Assembly (NCBI GenBank): GCA_050575255.1
Contig: JBNZDD010013651.1
Coordinates: forward strand, 2,211,945-2,275,944
Direction of reading: 5' to 3'
Length of the DNA: 64,000 nucleotides
DNA from: Harriotta raleighana
Taxonomy: Eukaryota
The translations under genes were made by a program, and so were the position numbers. The notes beneath the pieces were generated by a model, which was not told where the DNA came from, searched no databases, and saw only the letters and a program-made list of their open reading frames with translations. Below are positions 1 through 12,759 of the stretch, one piece after another. Each line of letters begins with the position of its first letter. Position 1 is the stretch's first letter.

Positions 1-749
1 CTGGTCTTTACTTTGCCTTTGCTGGATCTCAGAATCACAAACACTATATAGTCGATTAGATTCTATCAGTACTGGTCCTATTGATCGAGTTCATACTTTA
101 GATGATTAAATCCAAGATTACTCACAGCACAAATAACTTGAGGCACTTACTTTTATGATGCCAAATATAATCTCACAAGGATTTATTTATTCAATATGAA
201 CTGTTCTTGTGAATAACATTAAACTAAAGATAATCCTATGCAGATTTTATGTTTTGAAATTCTTCAGTTTATTCTTTTGAACCCATTATGATAAACACAC
301 ACTACTATCTGTAGTGGAAGCTCATTAGATTACATATTATTTAGGTGATCTGTGATCTGGAAGCACTGAGTTTCAAACATTAAAAGGAAAACTATCCCAA
401 TCACATATATCATTCCTTGAAGAAGAGGAATGCAAGATTTTGCTCCCAATAGAGGAGGACGCAGGTCTGTTTGTATGAAAATTAAATAAGAAAACATCTG
501 TCATTGTGTGCTGTTTTATTAGATTGAATTTTTTTCTTTTTCTGCTGTATTAATTATTAACTTTCAGCATGATCCAAAGTATATCTCCTTATGTTATGCA
601 TGTGCCTGTGCAACCTTTTGGAACTATGTGTAGATTTAAGATACACAAAGAGTTGTTTGGTTTGGAATAGCCTGCCAGAAGTGACAGTGAAGCCAGAATC
701 CATGTTGGCTTTCAGGAGGGATCCAGATAAATATTCAAAAGCAGCCATT

Positions 750-848
750 TGCAGGGCTATCGGCTAGAACTGAACAGATTCTTTGTTCAAAAACCGGTAC
801 TGACACGATAGGCTGAATGACCTCGATGGTGTGATATTCTATGTTTTT
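750..848 (+). mobile_element. Degraded CR1-like LINE 3' end
   Basis: ...gacacgataggctgaatgacctc...attctatg resembles the CR1 3' tail (GGGCCGAATGGCCT...ATTCTATG). Confidence 0.45.
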
Positions 849-3213
849 TTGCCCAGTATCTGTTGATAAATTATAGATTTCCAATAGAACAATGTGTGTT
901 TCAGGCAACATTCCTGAAAACTGAGCTCCAATCGGAAGCAGTGCTCATATTGCATGCAACTATTATTAGAAATGCGGGTGCAGTGTTGGTTCAGTTCTTA
1001 GGTCTCTATTATCATACACAGAACAGCAACTTACATTGCATTTGTATAGTACCTGTCATAAATAAATGAGTCATAGCACTTTTACAGATTGAAATTAATT
1101 AGAAATGAAATGAATATCCCTTAGTTATTATAGGCCTGTCTTAAACTTCAGTAACTCTTGTGGTGCCAATCTGGCTGTGTAAAAGAAGGTTAAGGATGAG
1201 AAGAGGTAATTGGGCTCAACAAAGCACAGCCCTCTATCTTGTTAACAGATACTTGTATGCTGATCACCTTGGGCTGTTCGTGGCGCAGTTCTGGCCTTTG
1301 ACCAAGAACAATACCTCTATAATTACCAGAGAGGTCTTCTAACTGATCTGGGGATCCAAGATGGATCGTATGCACAGGGACACAATGCACAAAACCCCAT
1401 AAAAGAAGGAAAATGGGACCTCAATGTAGCCCTGATCCTCTTAGGATCCTCGTTGTCACATCAGTCTTATAATTTTACACATTCCTTAGCAATGTCACCA
1501 GTCACCTGATCATACCCAATTGTCTACATCACCATCACATTGCTCTATGTTATGGATCGTATTATTAAATCCTTATCATTTCCCACAGTGATGATCACAG
1601 TCATATACTTGGAGAATAACTTGAAGGACTCAACATCACATTTGAGAAGATCATCTAACACATCATTTTCGCTGAACTTGCTGGTCAATGGCTGCAGTGC
1701 TAGCAGTAATCATATAATTTGAATGTTGCTGAAAATGCTAAACAACATCATTGAGAAGGTTGTCTACAAGTTTCCTCTCCTGCAACACTGAGACCTAAGC
1801 ATTCATTGTACCTTCCACTGACTGTGCTTTCAGTCCTGTCATAATTTAACATTATCGGGCAGTGCTCATTCATACAGAGGCACTGATCTTGTTATGTACT
1901 TGTCTTCTCAATGTGTACTGAATCATTCCTGTGTTTCCATGACAAATCATCAAACTCATCAAACTGGCATAGACATTCTTGCACCTCACATAAGCTATTT
2001 TGTTTGTTTCACAGGCAAATATATTAATGCACAGCGAGGACTAACACACTAGTGTTTGATGGATATCTTAACTAAAATATCTGAGTTGGAGGACTTCTAG
2101 CAACAGGAAGTATGTACAGTCAATTTTTTCCTACGTTCCTTCCCCAGACCACTCCCCAAGTGTCACAAGTTATATGTAATGCACATAGAGATAAGCACTT
2201 CCTGAAGACAGTTATTGCTAAATGTAATTGCAACAATTTGCCTTTATATAGTGCTCTTCACTCAAGATAGTGTCTTGCACAGCACCAGCGCAGCAGACAA
2301 AGCCAAATACTTTCCTCAATGACATTAGACACGGGAGAAACAGGCCTCCAAGCAACACGCAGCTAATTACAATGATTTGTCCCAAAACAACAGTTTTAAG
2401 TTGTGGGTTCACATGACTTGAACCAATGGTCAGGCTGACACTACAGCACACGATGGAGCAACAAGCACCGGAGAGGGGAGGACTACACTGGAGGGATCGA
2501 GCTGCAGCTATGTATATTCCTGAGGTGAGTGGAGATGTGAGGGGGTGAGGCTGTCGGTCTCCAATGCATTTTCTTCCCCATTATACATTACATATAATTT
2601 TCATATAAAATGACTGGGACACTGCTGTGGACAATTGGCTGTTTCGCCCCCAAAATATAGTCACATTTACTTTACAATATATTTTGTGACGTGGTTTTAG
2701 ATGTCTCCACCTCCACCCCCTCCCCCATGTTCAAGTCTAGATTCCTGACTGTTCAGCACCTTAAGACGCTCTACAAATGTAAATTTGTCTCAACAACATG
2801 ATAAGGCGCTAGATCAAATGGGGGATTATAATTAATTATTAATTGCTAGGACACAGCATCACAAGTCACACTCTTTTTCCCTCTCACACAAAAACAACAA
2901 CAAAATTACACCTAGAGCGCCTTTCATATCAGGACGACATCACACAACAGGGAACGCAGTGGTTGGGAACCAGGAAATATATACACATAATAAAGCATTT
3001 TCACTGCTAGTGAACTGAGGACACTGCTAGTGGGTGAAACTCAACATAAAAATCACGTTTGTATAGTGTCTTTCACATCCGGAGGATGTCCCAAGGCACT
3101 GAACAATCAGTATTTTTGAGCTGGGGTTCAGGATTGAGGAGGAAGGTCAAAAGCAAGGTCAAAGAGGAGACAGGTTTTTTTTATATTGGATCAATCAATC
3201 AAAATTACATTTA

Positions 3214-4185
3214 CATTTAACCCTTGTTGATTGCGGGGGTTACATTCCTGGAAAACTGTGCACTCAACAAAATCGCGTTGGAGAAGCTTAAAAAGTAATG
3301 GGAAGAGGGAGGTTAGGGGAATCCAGTCGCAGGCTACCCACCTCAAGCCTCCAGCACATCCGATGCAAGGTACCGACTGAGGTTATAGCTGGCTGGCTCG
3401 CTCCGCCCGCCTCTCCCCGCTCTTTTTGTCGTCCCCCCACCCCCCACTCTTCCTGCTCTCGTCTCTTTCCACCCGGGAACTGGGCAAATCAGGGCAGCCT
3501 GGAAGGGAGGCAGAGAGAAATCGGGGAGAGTGGCGGGCGGGTGTGGGGGAGGGAAAAGAGAACTGCTCGGGGTGGGGGCTGGGGGGGGAACGATTCGCTA
3601 AGGTGCTGGCCAGCAAGCCAATTGGGGGCACGGGAGGACTCCCTGAGGTGCGGGCCAGCAAGCCGATCGGAGGCGTTGTGAGGTGCGAGCCACTTGGAGA
3701 GCAGAGTGCTGGGGACGGGAGACACAGAAAGGTTACAGCGGCTTTGTTATCGCTTTATTGCTATAATAAAGTGATAACAAACCAGTAAAGCAATAAAAAA
3801 AGCAATAAAACAACAGGGTAGATTAGCCTACATTGCTGTACGATTTCTGTCTCTCTCTGTCTCTTGTTTACAATGCAACGCAATAAAATTCACCGAGGCC
3901 GAAGTGTTATTCTATTTACCCAGAATGCATTGCGCTCAGGGCTTCGGCTTTAGTCGGGATCTGCCGGCCTCGTCAAAAATGTGCATGCTCGTGGGACCAC
4001 CCAGCCAAAGAATCATCGGATTTAGTTGGGAGCTATCAGCGTCTTCACTCGTGCGCATGTGCGCGGGGTCCAGCCAGCACATATACACAAGTTTTACGCG
4101 CACTGCACAAAAAAGTGATGCTTTTGTTTCGTCGCATATACTTGAATTCGCAATCGATAAAGTCGCCTTCGACAAGGGTTAACTA
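3214..4185. mobile_element. Non-autonomous Tc1/mariner (Tigger/pogo-like) element, family A, copy 1
   Basis: TIRs CATTTAACCCTTG / CAAGGGTTAACTA with TA on both sides. Splits an L2 tail. Homologous along its length to 59188-60368. Confidence 0.85.
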
Positions 4186-4389
4186 TATATAGCGCCTTTC
4201 ACGCCAGGAGGATATCCCAAGGTGCTGTATTGTCAAATAGGGATCAGAGTGGTGGGGGGGAAGGATAGGGAGAAGGAAAATATGAAAAAATTGTATATTT
4301 ACAACAACAACTTCGATTTATATTTATGGGTGAAATGCAGCAGCCAAATTACGCACAGCAGTGTCCCACAAACAGTCATGGAAGTGGGG

Positions 4390-4815
4390 TTAGGGGAGAA
4401 AGGGGGAAAAGATAGCAAGGGTAGGGGGAAGGAGAGTAGGAAAAAACTTTATATTTGTGGGTGAAACGCGGCAGCTAAATTGCACACAGCAGTGTCCCAC
4501 AAACAGTCGCGGATGTGGAGCAGGGGAAGAAAGGGGGAAAGCGGGTAAGCGGGGAGATGGAGGGAAAGGCGGGGTGGGATAAAATAAGGGAGGAAAGGGG
4601 TGGGAGAAAGGAGGCAAGGGGGAAATCAGGGAGGAAAAGGGAGGAGAAAGGGGGATAAGAGGGAAGAGGGAGGGAAAGGTGAGTGGGGGGCAAAATCAGG
4701 GAGAAAGGGGGGTAAGAGGAAAGAGGAGGGTTTAGAGGGAAGAGGGAGGGAAGGGGGGAAAGGGAGGGAGGGAAGAAGAAGAACAGGATGGGGAAAGGTC
4801 AGGGGGCGGAGGGGA
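4390..4815. repeat. GA/G-rich low-complexity tract mixed with SINE fragments
   Basis: Polypurine runs; SINE core pieces at about 4320-4380 and 4450-4515. Confidence 0.8.
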
Positions 4816-7269
4816 TTAAACAATAGCAACAAACAACAACGTCAACCCAATAAACAAAACAAAAAGCAACAACAACAACAACAATTAACAACAGTCCAGC
4901 AGCCGCTCCTTGGCCTCGTCGCCCGCCTGGACAATATTCAAAAAGGCTGGAACCAGGTCCAGTGTGGTGAAAGGCCCCAAAAACCGACTGGCTCCTCAGC
5001 TGGTGATCTAATGTAATTATCATTGAAATTTATTGGTCTTGAGCCATTTCTTTGTTTTGCATATTGATATTTCCTGCACAGATATATTTATTTGGTATTC
5101 TTCTGTGGTCACCACCACCACCAACAACAACAACTTCAATTTATATAGCGCCCTCCATGCCGGATGGCGTCNGCACCAACAACTTCAATTTATATAGCGC
5201 CCTCCATGCCGGATGGCGTCTCAGAGNACCAGGTCCAGTGTGGTGAAAGGCCCCAAAAACCGACTGGCTCCTCAGCTGGTGATCTAATGTAATTATCATT
5301 GAAATTTATTGGTCTTGAGCCATTTCTTTGTTTTGCATATTGATATTTCCTGCACAGATATATTTATTTGGTATTCTTCTGTGGTCACCACCACCACCAA
5401 CAACAACAACTTCAATTTATATAGCGCCCTCCATGCCGGATGGCGTCTCAGAGCGCTTTGCAATAGCCAGAACACAAACAAAAGTCTAAGGTTTGGAGGA
5501 GCACATAATCTCTTCCTGGCCAAATGTAAACATTTTTCTGGAGTTGAGCATTTTGTATTGCAGCATTCACTTTACAGTATATTCTGTGAAGCGCTTTGAG
5601 ACGTCTATAAAATGAGAAAAGCGCTATATCAAATGCAAGGATTATTATTATATACGACTGTGTATTGATGCATTCAATATGATGTCTCAACCTGTGAAGT
5701 TAACAAGAAACATGGCATGCCATGGATGTGTAGAAGTGTGCAACACTTGTTGCTATTGTATTTGTCCTCAAGGTCTTCTTGCATTGATAATGTAAATACT
5801 GTTACAAAAAGTACAATTTTCACTTGACAAATCATAATCTTTGATGTTGCGCTGCTACAGTTTGTGTGCTCATCGTGTCAATCCTCATATTTATAATGAT
5901 GAGCTGAAAACCCATTTGCTGTGACTAACGTTTAATCTTTGTGATTCTCAATATTGATGAGCTAGATTGGTGATTAATAGCAGAAAAAGAACAATAGTGT
6001 ATTTGGTTTTGGTCAGACAGGTGTTCTTGAACATGCAAAAATCCATCACCATATAGGCTTACCGTAGATTGATGGTTAGCAACATTTCTCCATATAATAC
6101 CGTATCACCTGTTAACAGCATCAGAAAAAAATGGTCACTCAACTGTTTGTGGGACACTGCTGTGTGCTCTTGGCTACCACATTTTGCACACAAAATACCT
6201 TTCAATATGCAATAAGAATATATCCTTAAACTGGTTCTGCTGTCTTGGTGCAACTGGAAGTCTGGATTAACTTTCTGAATCCAGTTTAAAATCTTTTTCA
6301 GAAGCCTTTATAAGACGTCTCTTCTCAAGCCTAGAAAACCCTGAAAGTCCAGCAACCCCGGTCATTGAGGGAAAAGTATGACGGTTTTGGTGAAACCTCT
6401 TTGCACCCTACCTTGTCTTAAGTGTACAACTAACAGTTTTCACATGAGAAGTAAAGAAAAATTTCAGCCACAAAAATATACTGTCCACTCAGTTTGCAGT
6501 ATATTCTGTGAAGCGCTTTGAGTCCCGAAGACGTGCTAAGACGCTATAAATGCAAAGGTTATTATTGAAGAATTGCAGTACAATTGTTATTATACTGTAA
6601 GGCTGGCGTGTTAACTCCTCAGACAGCCACAGGAGGGAGAAGTTGCACAGTTACTGCTGTTGTGAAGGGAAATACCGTAAGAACTACAAGTGAGGATTGT
6701 GGGAAGAGCGTCCCCCGAGTTTTGCTCTGATCAGCTGACTGGTCCTCTTTCACTTCCCAGCACAATGGCTGCAGATTTGGGCGTCTCTGTATTGTGAGGA
6801 ATTGTACCTTATCCACTCCTCTCGCTTGTCAAAGGTGATGTTCATTAATTGCTTGCCTCTGGGCTGATTGCTCAACTGCTCCCACTGTGTGTACACAAGA
6901 ACTGGAGGTCGGGGAGCGAGACGTTTCGTGCTTTTGTTTCCTTGTCTATCTACAAACTGTCGTTTGAACGAAGAGCGGGCGAGGTAACAGATGGGATAAT
7001 TGAAAGGAAATGTAATTCTGCCTTGGTAGGCCAGAGGGAGGGAGGCTCTTTCACTGTGTGAGCTCTATGGTCAGGCTGTGGCTCGGATGAGCATACGGGG
7101 TGAACGATTCAGTGAATGCTCCGCAGGGTTAAGTGTTAGAGATTGTACCTTTAGTGGTGATCCTCTATTATGACAGATAATGAAGATTTAAAGTCACTGA
7201 TTAATTGCAGGGTCACTGTGACCAGCAGCAGGGATTAGTTTCTGAGCAGACTCTGGTCTTTGCAACCTC

Positions 7270-7900
7270 TTAAACCCCACCAACCTGCCCACTCCCTCCG
7301 CTCAGCAAGCCCTGGCTACCTTCACGTCCCCCGCTTCGCCCACTCCACCATTGGTGAGTGGGCCTCCAGACTCTCTGCATCCACCCTCTGGAACTCCATC
7401 CGATAGTCCCTGCACCAAGCCTCCTCCCTTGCCTCCTTCAAGATCCTTCTCAAGACCCTCCTCTTTGAACGTGCCTTTGGTCACCCTCTTTACCCTACCA
7501 TTCCTGCCGCCACATTCCTGATTCCAATCACCAGATTGGGTGCGGATCCCTGACAGCTCCTTGGGACATCCTCCTGATGTGAAAGATGCCATAAAAATAT
7601 AATTTGTTGTTAAGATCCTGGGAAGTGCAGGAATACCCTGTTACCAAAGCTCTGACCACCTTCGTAGCTGGATACAACAACAACTACAACTTTACATTTA
7701 TAGAGTGCCTTTCACGTCGTGAGGACTTCCCAAGGCGCTGAACAGTTAGGGGGGGGGGGGTGGGGGGATGGTTGGGGATAGGGGGAAGGAGAGTAGGAGA
7801 GGGGGGAGAGTTAGGAGGGGAGCAGAAGGCTCGGTCAAAGAGGAATGTCTTGAGACCAGCCTTAAAGGAGAAGAGGGAGGAAGTGAGGTGACAGGATATA
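7270..7900. mobile_element. Two L2-like LINE 3' fragments in opposite orientation (about 7270-7610 +, about 7676-7900 -)
   Basis: Shared tail CAGCGCCTTGGGA.GTCCTC..GACGTGAAAGGC.CTCTATAAATG followed by (TTG)n. Confidence 0.8.
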
Positions 7901-8771
7901 AGGGCAACAACTTCATTCTGTTCCCAGTAACTCAACCCTGGGAGTTTGAAGGATTAAGAACTATGAAGAAGGACTGGATAAGGTAGCGCTCTCGAGCCTT
8001 GACAAGATACAATTCTGAGGGAACGTTGTAGTGGTATCTATGATACTAATAAGTCAAGAGAAAGTAAATTCAGAATAATAGTTTTGGATAAACCAAAGTA
8101 GCAAGACGAAAGTCCAGGGTTGTAATGAACAATTTCAGGATAGACACTAGGAGAACTTTTGCACAGAGGGAAATCGATGGGATACAGCTCAAATGGGATA
8201 CAGAGAAAGTTGTGGAGTGCCTTGGGATGTGCTTCTGATGTGAAAGACGCTATACAAATGTACTTTTGTTGCTGTTGTTGTTGAGGTCAGGGCACTGGTT
8301 TGAGATAGAGTTAGATCTGTAATGTGTTGGTTGGTTGATACTCTGAGGATGAGATAAAATGGGCCACATGGTTTCTTGCTCATAGTTGGAGATAGATGAA
8401 TTTACGTTGAATTTTCAGATCCCAGTATCAAAGCCAAGCAAAACTCCAGTGGTGTTGGGTGGGAGGTTGCTTTGTTGCTGGAGTTTTGGGAGTCAGGGCT
8501 GGCTCTGTATGTGTGTGTGTCTGTATGTCTGGTTTGTGACTGTCTATTGTGTCTGTGGGTGTGTGTCTTATGTATGAGTGTGTGTTTGTGGGACACTGCT
8601 GTGCGCAATTGGCTGCTGCTTTTTGCCCGACAAATACAGTCACTCCACTTTAGAGTATATCCTGTGAAGCACTTTATGACATCTCGCAGAAATGATAAAG
8701 CCCTATACCGAATACAATTTTTTTTGTAAAACCAGTCAGACCAGTCACCTGTATTTGCAGAGAGCACATTC

Positions 8772-8903
8772 ATGATTTCATCAGACAGTGAGGAGGAGCT
8801 GTATACCGAGAGGACAGCCCTGATGTCAGCTGCTGTCCCAACTACACCCTCCTATCAAGATAAAGATGGTGTATCTGACACAGCCAAGAGGCAGACCAAC
8901 ACG
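8772..8903 (+). CDS. PSEN2: Presenilin-2 coding exon 1 (MISSDSEEELYTERTALMSAAVPT...RQTNT)
   Basis: Matches the PSEN2 N-terminus (SDSEEE...ERTxLMS). Acceptor ttgcag ends at 8760, ATG at 8772, donor ACG|gtaagt, phase 0. Confidence 0.9.
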
Positions 8904-9206
8904 GTAAGTCTCCCGTAGACCATTGCTCACACTGAGTGCCAGCCGTGGAGGGTCGAACCTGTACTGCTCTTTGTGAGCTGATTTGGGGGGGTTGGTCGAG
9001 GGTGGGAAGGGGGATGTTTGGAGAGTGGGCTGGTAAGTGCAGGGAGGTTAATTTTGTGAGAGGGCCTGTGGTGGGGTGTAGGGAAGTAAATTTGGGAAAG
9101 TGGGAATAGGCGAGGGTTGAATTGGGGAGATGATGGGGAGGGGGATTTGTGGAGAGAGTGGATCTATGAGGATGCAGTTTTCTGCTATGTCCCATGTATG
9201 TAACAG

Positions 9207-9430
9207 CGCGCAGCAGCAAGCCAGCGACTGGTCAGCGGAGAGGACAATGAGGGCCCCGAGAGCGGCTCCACGAACACGGAAGTGGTCGCTGACAGTGACG
9301 AGGAGGAGCTGACCCTCAAGTATGGGGCCAAACATGTTATCATGCTCTTCATCCCTGTCACTCTGTGTATGGCCGTGGTGGTCGCTACAATCAAGTCCAT
9401 CAGCTTCTACACAGAGAAGAACGGGCAGCT
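9207..9430 (+). CDS. PSEN2: Presenilin-2 coding exon 2 (..[46 protein letters not shown]1)
   Basis: taacag| acceptor and CT|gtaagt donor. Hallmark [12 protein letters not shown]; FYTEKNGQL is the PSEN2-type sequence. Confidence 0.95.
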
Positions 9431-9529
9431 GTAAGTCTGTTCTGAACCTCCATTTACTCTGAAAAAGTTGTTACTTCCCAGCTTCACTCCTTCCTATCCT
9501 GTCACTCCCTTTACAAACCCATCCAATCA

Positions 9530-10770
9530 TGGTTTAGCCCCCAGGCTCTGGAACTCCATCCCCCAGTGCCTTCGCCTCCTCCCTTTCCTCTTTCAAGGCC
9601 GGTCTCAAGACCTTTCTCTTCGACCGTGCCTTCAACTCCCCTCTCGAGTCTCTACCCCCTCCTTGCTCCCACCCTTCCCCCCCTCGCCCTGAACATTTTC
9701 CCTTGCTCGGGTCCTGAACCAATCTGTCCAGCGCCTTGGGACGTCCTCCTGACGTGAAATGCGCTCTATAAGTGTAATTTTGTTGTTGTTGTTGTTGTTG
9801 CCTACAATATGAAAAACAGCCCTGGTCAAGGCGATAAATTACAATCTGTCCATCTTTGACCAGGGCTCCCTCTGTCTCCTCGTCCTCCTTCATCGTTCTG
9901 TTATCTTTGTCACTGTGGACCGCTCAATCCTCCTCCACCACCTTGACTCTCAACTAAACCATCAAAGTGGTTCAGTCGTACCTGTCACACCGGCTCCACC
10001 ATGTCTCCACAAACAGTTTCTCCTCCGGCCCCCCGCTCCGTCGCGTGCTGTGTTCCTCAGCGCTCTGAATTTGGTCCCCTCCTCTTCAACCTGTATATTC
10101 TGCCTATTGGTGACACTATCCACAGACAACTTCCACATTTACGCGGGTGACACCCAACTTTATCTTTCTGCCCCCACCCTCGACTCCAGTACAACAGCTG
10201 TCCTGACAAACTGCCTGTCAGACATCAAGTCCTGGATGAGAGACAACGTTTTACAGCTGAACATCAGCAAGACTAAGGCCCTCCTGATTAGCTCACCTCC
10301 ACAACACTATCTCGCCCCTCAGACTGCTGAAATCCTCAAACATGCCTTCATTACCATCAGGCTCAACTAATTCACACCCTGCTTTCGGCCTTCCCAAATA
10401 TTCCCTCCACAAGCTACAGATCATCCAGAACTCTGCAACTAGTATCCTCTCCCACACCAAGCTCCCGTCACCCCATCACATCCACCCTCGCCCGGCTCCA
10501 CTGGTTCCCCTTCACTGAGTAATCTTGGGGATGGAAGAGGATCGAGTTCAAAATGCTCGTCCTCACCAACAACGCCCTCCATGGCCTTGCTCTCTCTTAC
10601 CTCTCCGACTTTATCAATCTGTCCGTTCCCTCTGCTCAACAGGCACCGACTTCCATGTCCCCTTCCTAAACCGCCCCCACATCTGCTTCCCTTCCGCTGG
10701 AGCCCTAATTCCTGACTATTTGATGCATTGAGATGTCCTCCCGACATGAAAGGCACTTTACAAATATATT
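9530..10770 (+). mobile_element. L2-like LINE fragments (3' end 9530-9800; decayed RT plus tail 9810-10770)
   Basis: FHIYAGDTQLYLS...CLSDIKSWMRDNVLQLNISKTKALLI is L2-clade RT; characteristic tail with (ttg)n. Confidence 0.9.
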
Positions 10771-11562
10771 GTATATATCAGGCCCTCCAGCTAACCTTTT
10801 AAAGACCTCCACCTAAGAGTTATTCAAGTTTGGCCCCAGGCAGACCAAATTCAAGTGATCAGGTGGGTGTGGGTGGGTGGGAGTTTGGTGGGGGGATGTA
10901 TGGAACCTGGGAGATCATCACCACCCATTGGGTGATACTCTCCTGAGTTCCATTTCCCCCCCACCACCACCGTCACCACATAAGATGGGAACCAGAAAAC
11001 AATCTTTCGTCAAAACTACAACTCCCTCTCAGCGATACAAGTGTAATTTATTGTTCTAGTACTGGAAGGGTGCATGAGGTCCAGGCAAGTTAGTGGACTG
11101 TGTGAACTACCCCAAATACCACTTTCTAAATGAAGCCCAAATAGCCTGTATGAAGCGCTGTGACAACAGGTTAACTTGAAGCACAATCTGATAACGTGAC
11201 TGAAAAGTAGCGGGAACCTAGTCCTTTTACAGCCAAATTATCAGGCTATTTTCTGGAATTAGGTAAGCAGTATGCATGCCTCCAGGGAGAGAATGCACAT
11301 TTGATTTCAAAATACACATGGAGGCAGGATTCATGGATCCCTTGATTTGCTCGAGATACTTTTGAGCATAGTGATGGGCTTCCACATCTGTCAGACACCA
11401 GACTGGCCCCAAAAACCAATGGGCGCTTCATGTTAAAGTTTACGGTGATTATTGGTAGAAGATTCTTCCTAATTTTCATTCTTGCTTAAGCGCTTTGTGA
11501 TGTTTTCCCAACCTGAAAGGCATGGTATAAATACAAATGTACACCGTCTTGCTCTTTGACAG

Positions 11563-11704
11563 AATTTACACGCCTTTCACGGAGGACACAGACTCGGTTG
11601 GCCAGCGCCTTCTCAATTCTATCCTCAACACAATAATCATGATCAGTATGATTGTTGTCATGACAATAATCCTTGTTTTCCTCTACAAATACCGCTGTTA
11701 CAAG
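11563..11704 (+). CDS. PSEN2: Presenilin-2 coding exon 3 ([23 protein letters not shown]...LYKYRCYK)
   Basis: 142 nt, gacag| ... AAG|gtaagg, in phase with neighbouring exons. Confidence 0.97.
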
Positions 11705-12319
11705 GTAAGGTGCTCATATGTGTTTGAATTTACCGGCTGTAGAGTCTAAACCACAATATTGAGTCTGCTGAAACCAGGAGTGTGTCCCTTGTTGCTGCCT
11801 GAGCTATTGGGGATGTGATATTTAAATATATATTAGTGGGAAGAAAAACCAATTTGGGACCATGCTTACTTAGTATTTTTAGTCTCTAGAATTTGGCGAA
11901 TTGTTGTCTTAATTTTTCACTTTGATTTCCATAATTATCAAAAAGAGCTTACAGAAAACCAGCTTCAAAATTAAGTCTGTGTTCAAGTATTTATCAAATA
12001 ATGGACGCTCTGAAACGCTGCATAAATAGAGTAGATCCAGACCTAGTGGACTTTCTCCCCAATGATTTTCATTCAGCTACAAATATTTCTATTCCCCACA
12101 TTACAAAATTAGTTTTTCATTGGTTGTTAATTAGGTAACAATTACATTTACATGTTTGTTTATGCATTGTTAGTTCAAGCTGTAAATTAGACCCTCTTCC
12201 AGTGTTTGGTGAATGTGTTTGCAGTGACAGCGATGGAAGGGTTGATTTCCTACCAGATTTTCTGTGGAAAGTCTGGATGCTCTGTTTTCCCCTAACCAGG
12301 GTCCTTTTGTGCCTTACAG

Positions 12320-12387
12320 TTTATTCATGGCTGGCTGATTCTCTCTTCCCTGTTGCTGCTGTTCATGTTTTCCTACATGTATCTAGG
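12320..12387 (+). CDS. PSEN2: Presenilin-2 coding exon 4 (FIHGWLILSSLLLLFMFSYMYLG)
   Basis: 68 nt, ttacag| ... GG|gtaggt. FIHGWL is PSEN2-type. Confidence 0.97.
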
Positions 12388-12476
12388 GTAGGTATTCTTT
12401 GTCTTTGTTTGGTTCCTCTCAAGTGTCATTGTTGTGTTGTTTCTGCACTGTTTGGCATGATTACAACTCTATTTAA

Positions 12477-12722
<246 letters not shown>

Positions 12723-12759
12723 TGAGAATCCTCAAAAGTGTTTGCCTACAAATATAGTT

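Noticed and set aside
3298-3788. Overlapping GC-rich ORFs and CpG-island-like sequence upstream of PSEN2
   Set aside because: They lie inside the family A MITE, which recurs at 59188-60368. No transposase motifs are visible, and it is not a unique promoter.
4600-5016. Gly/Arg/Lys- and Gln-rich 138-aa ORF
   Set aside because: It derives from a polypurine tract and (CAA)n runs, with no splice or homology support.
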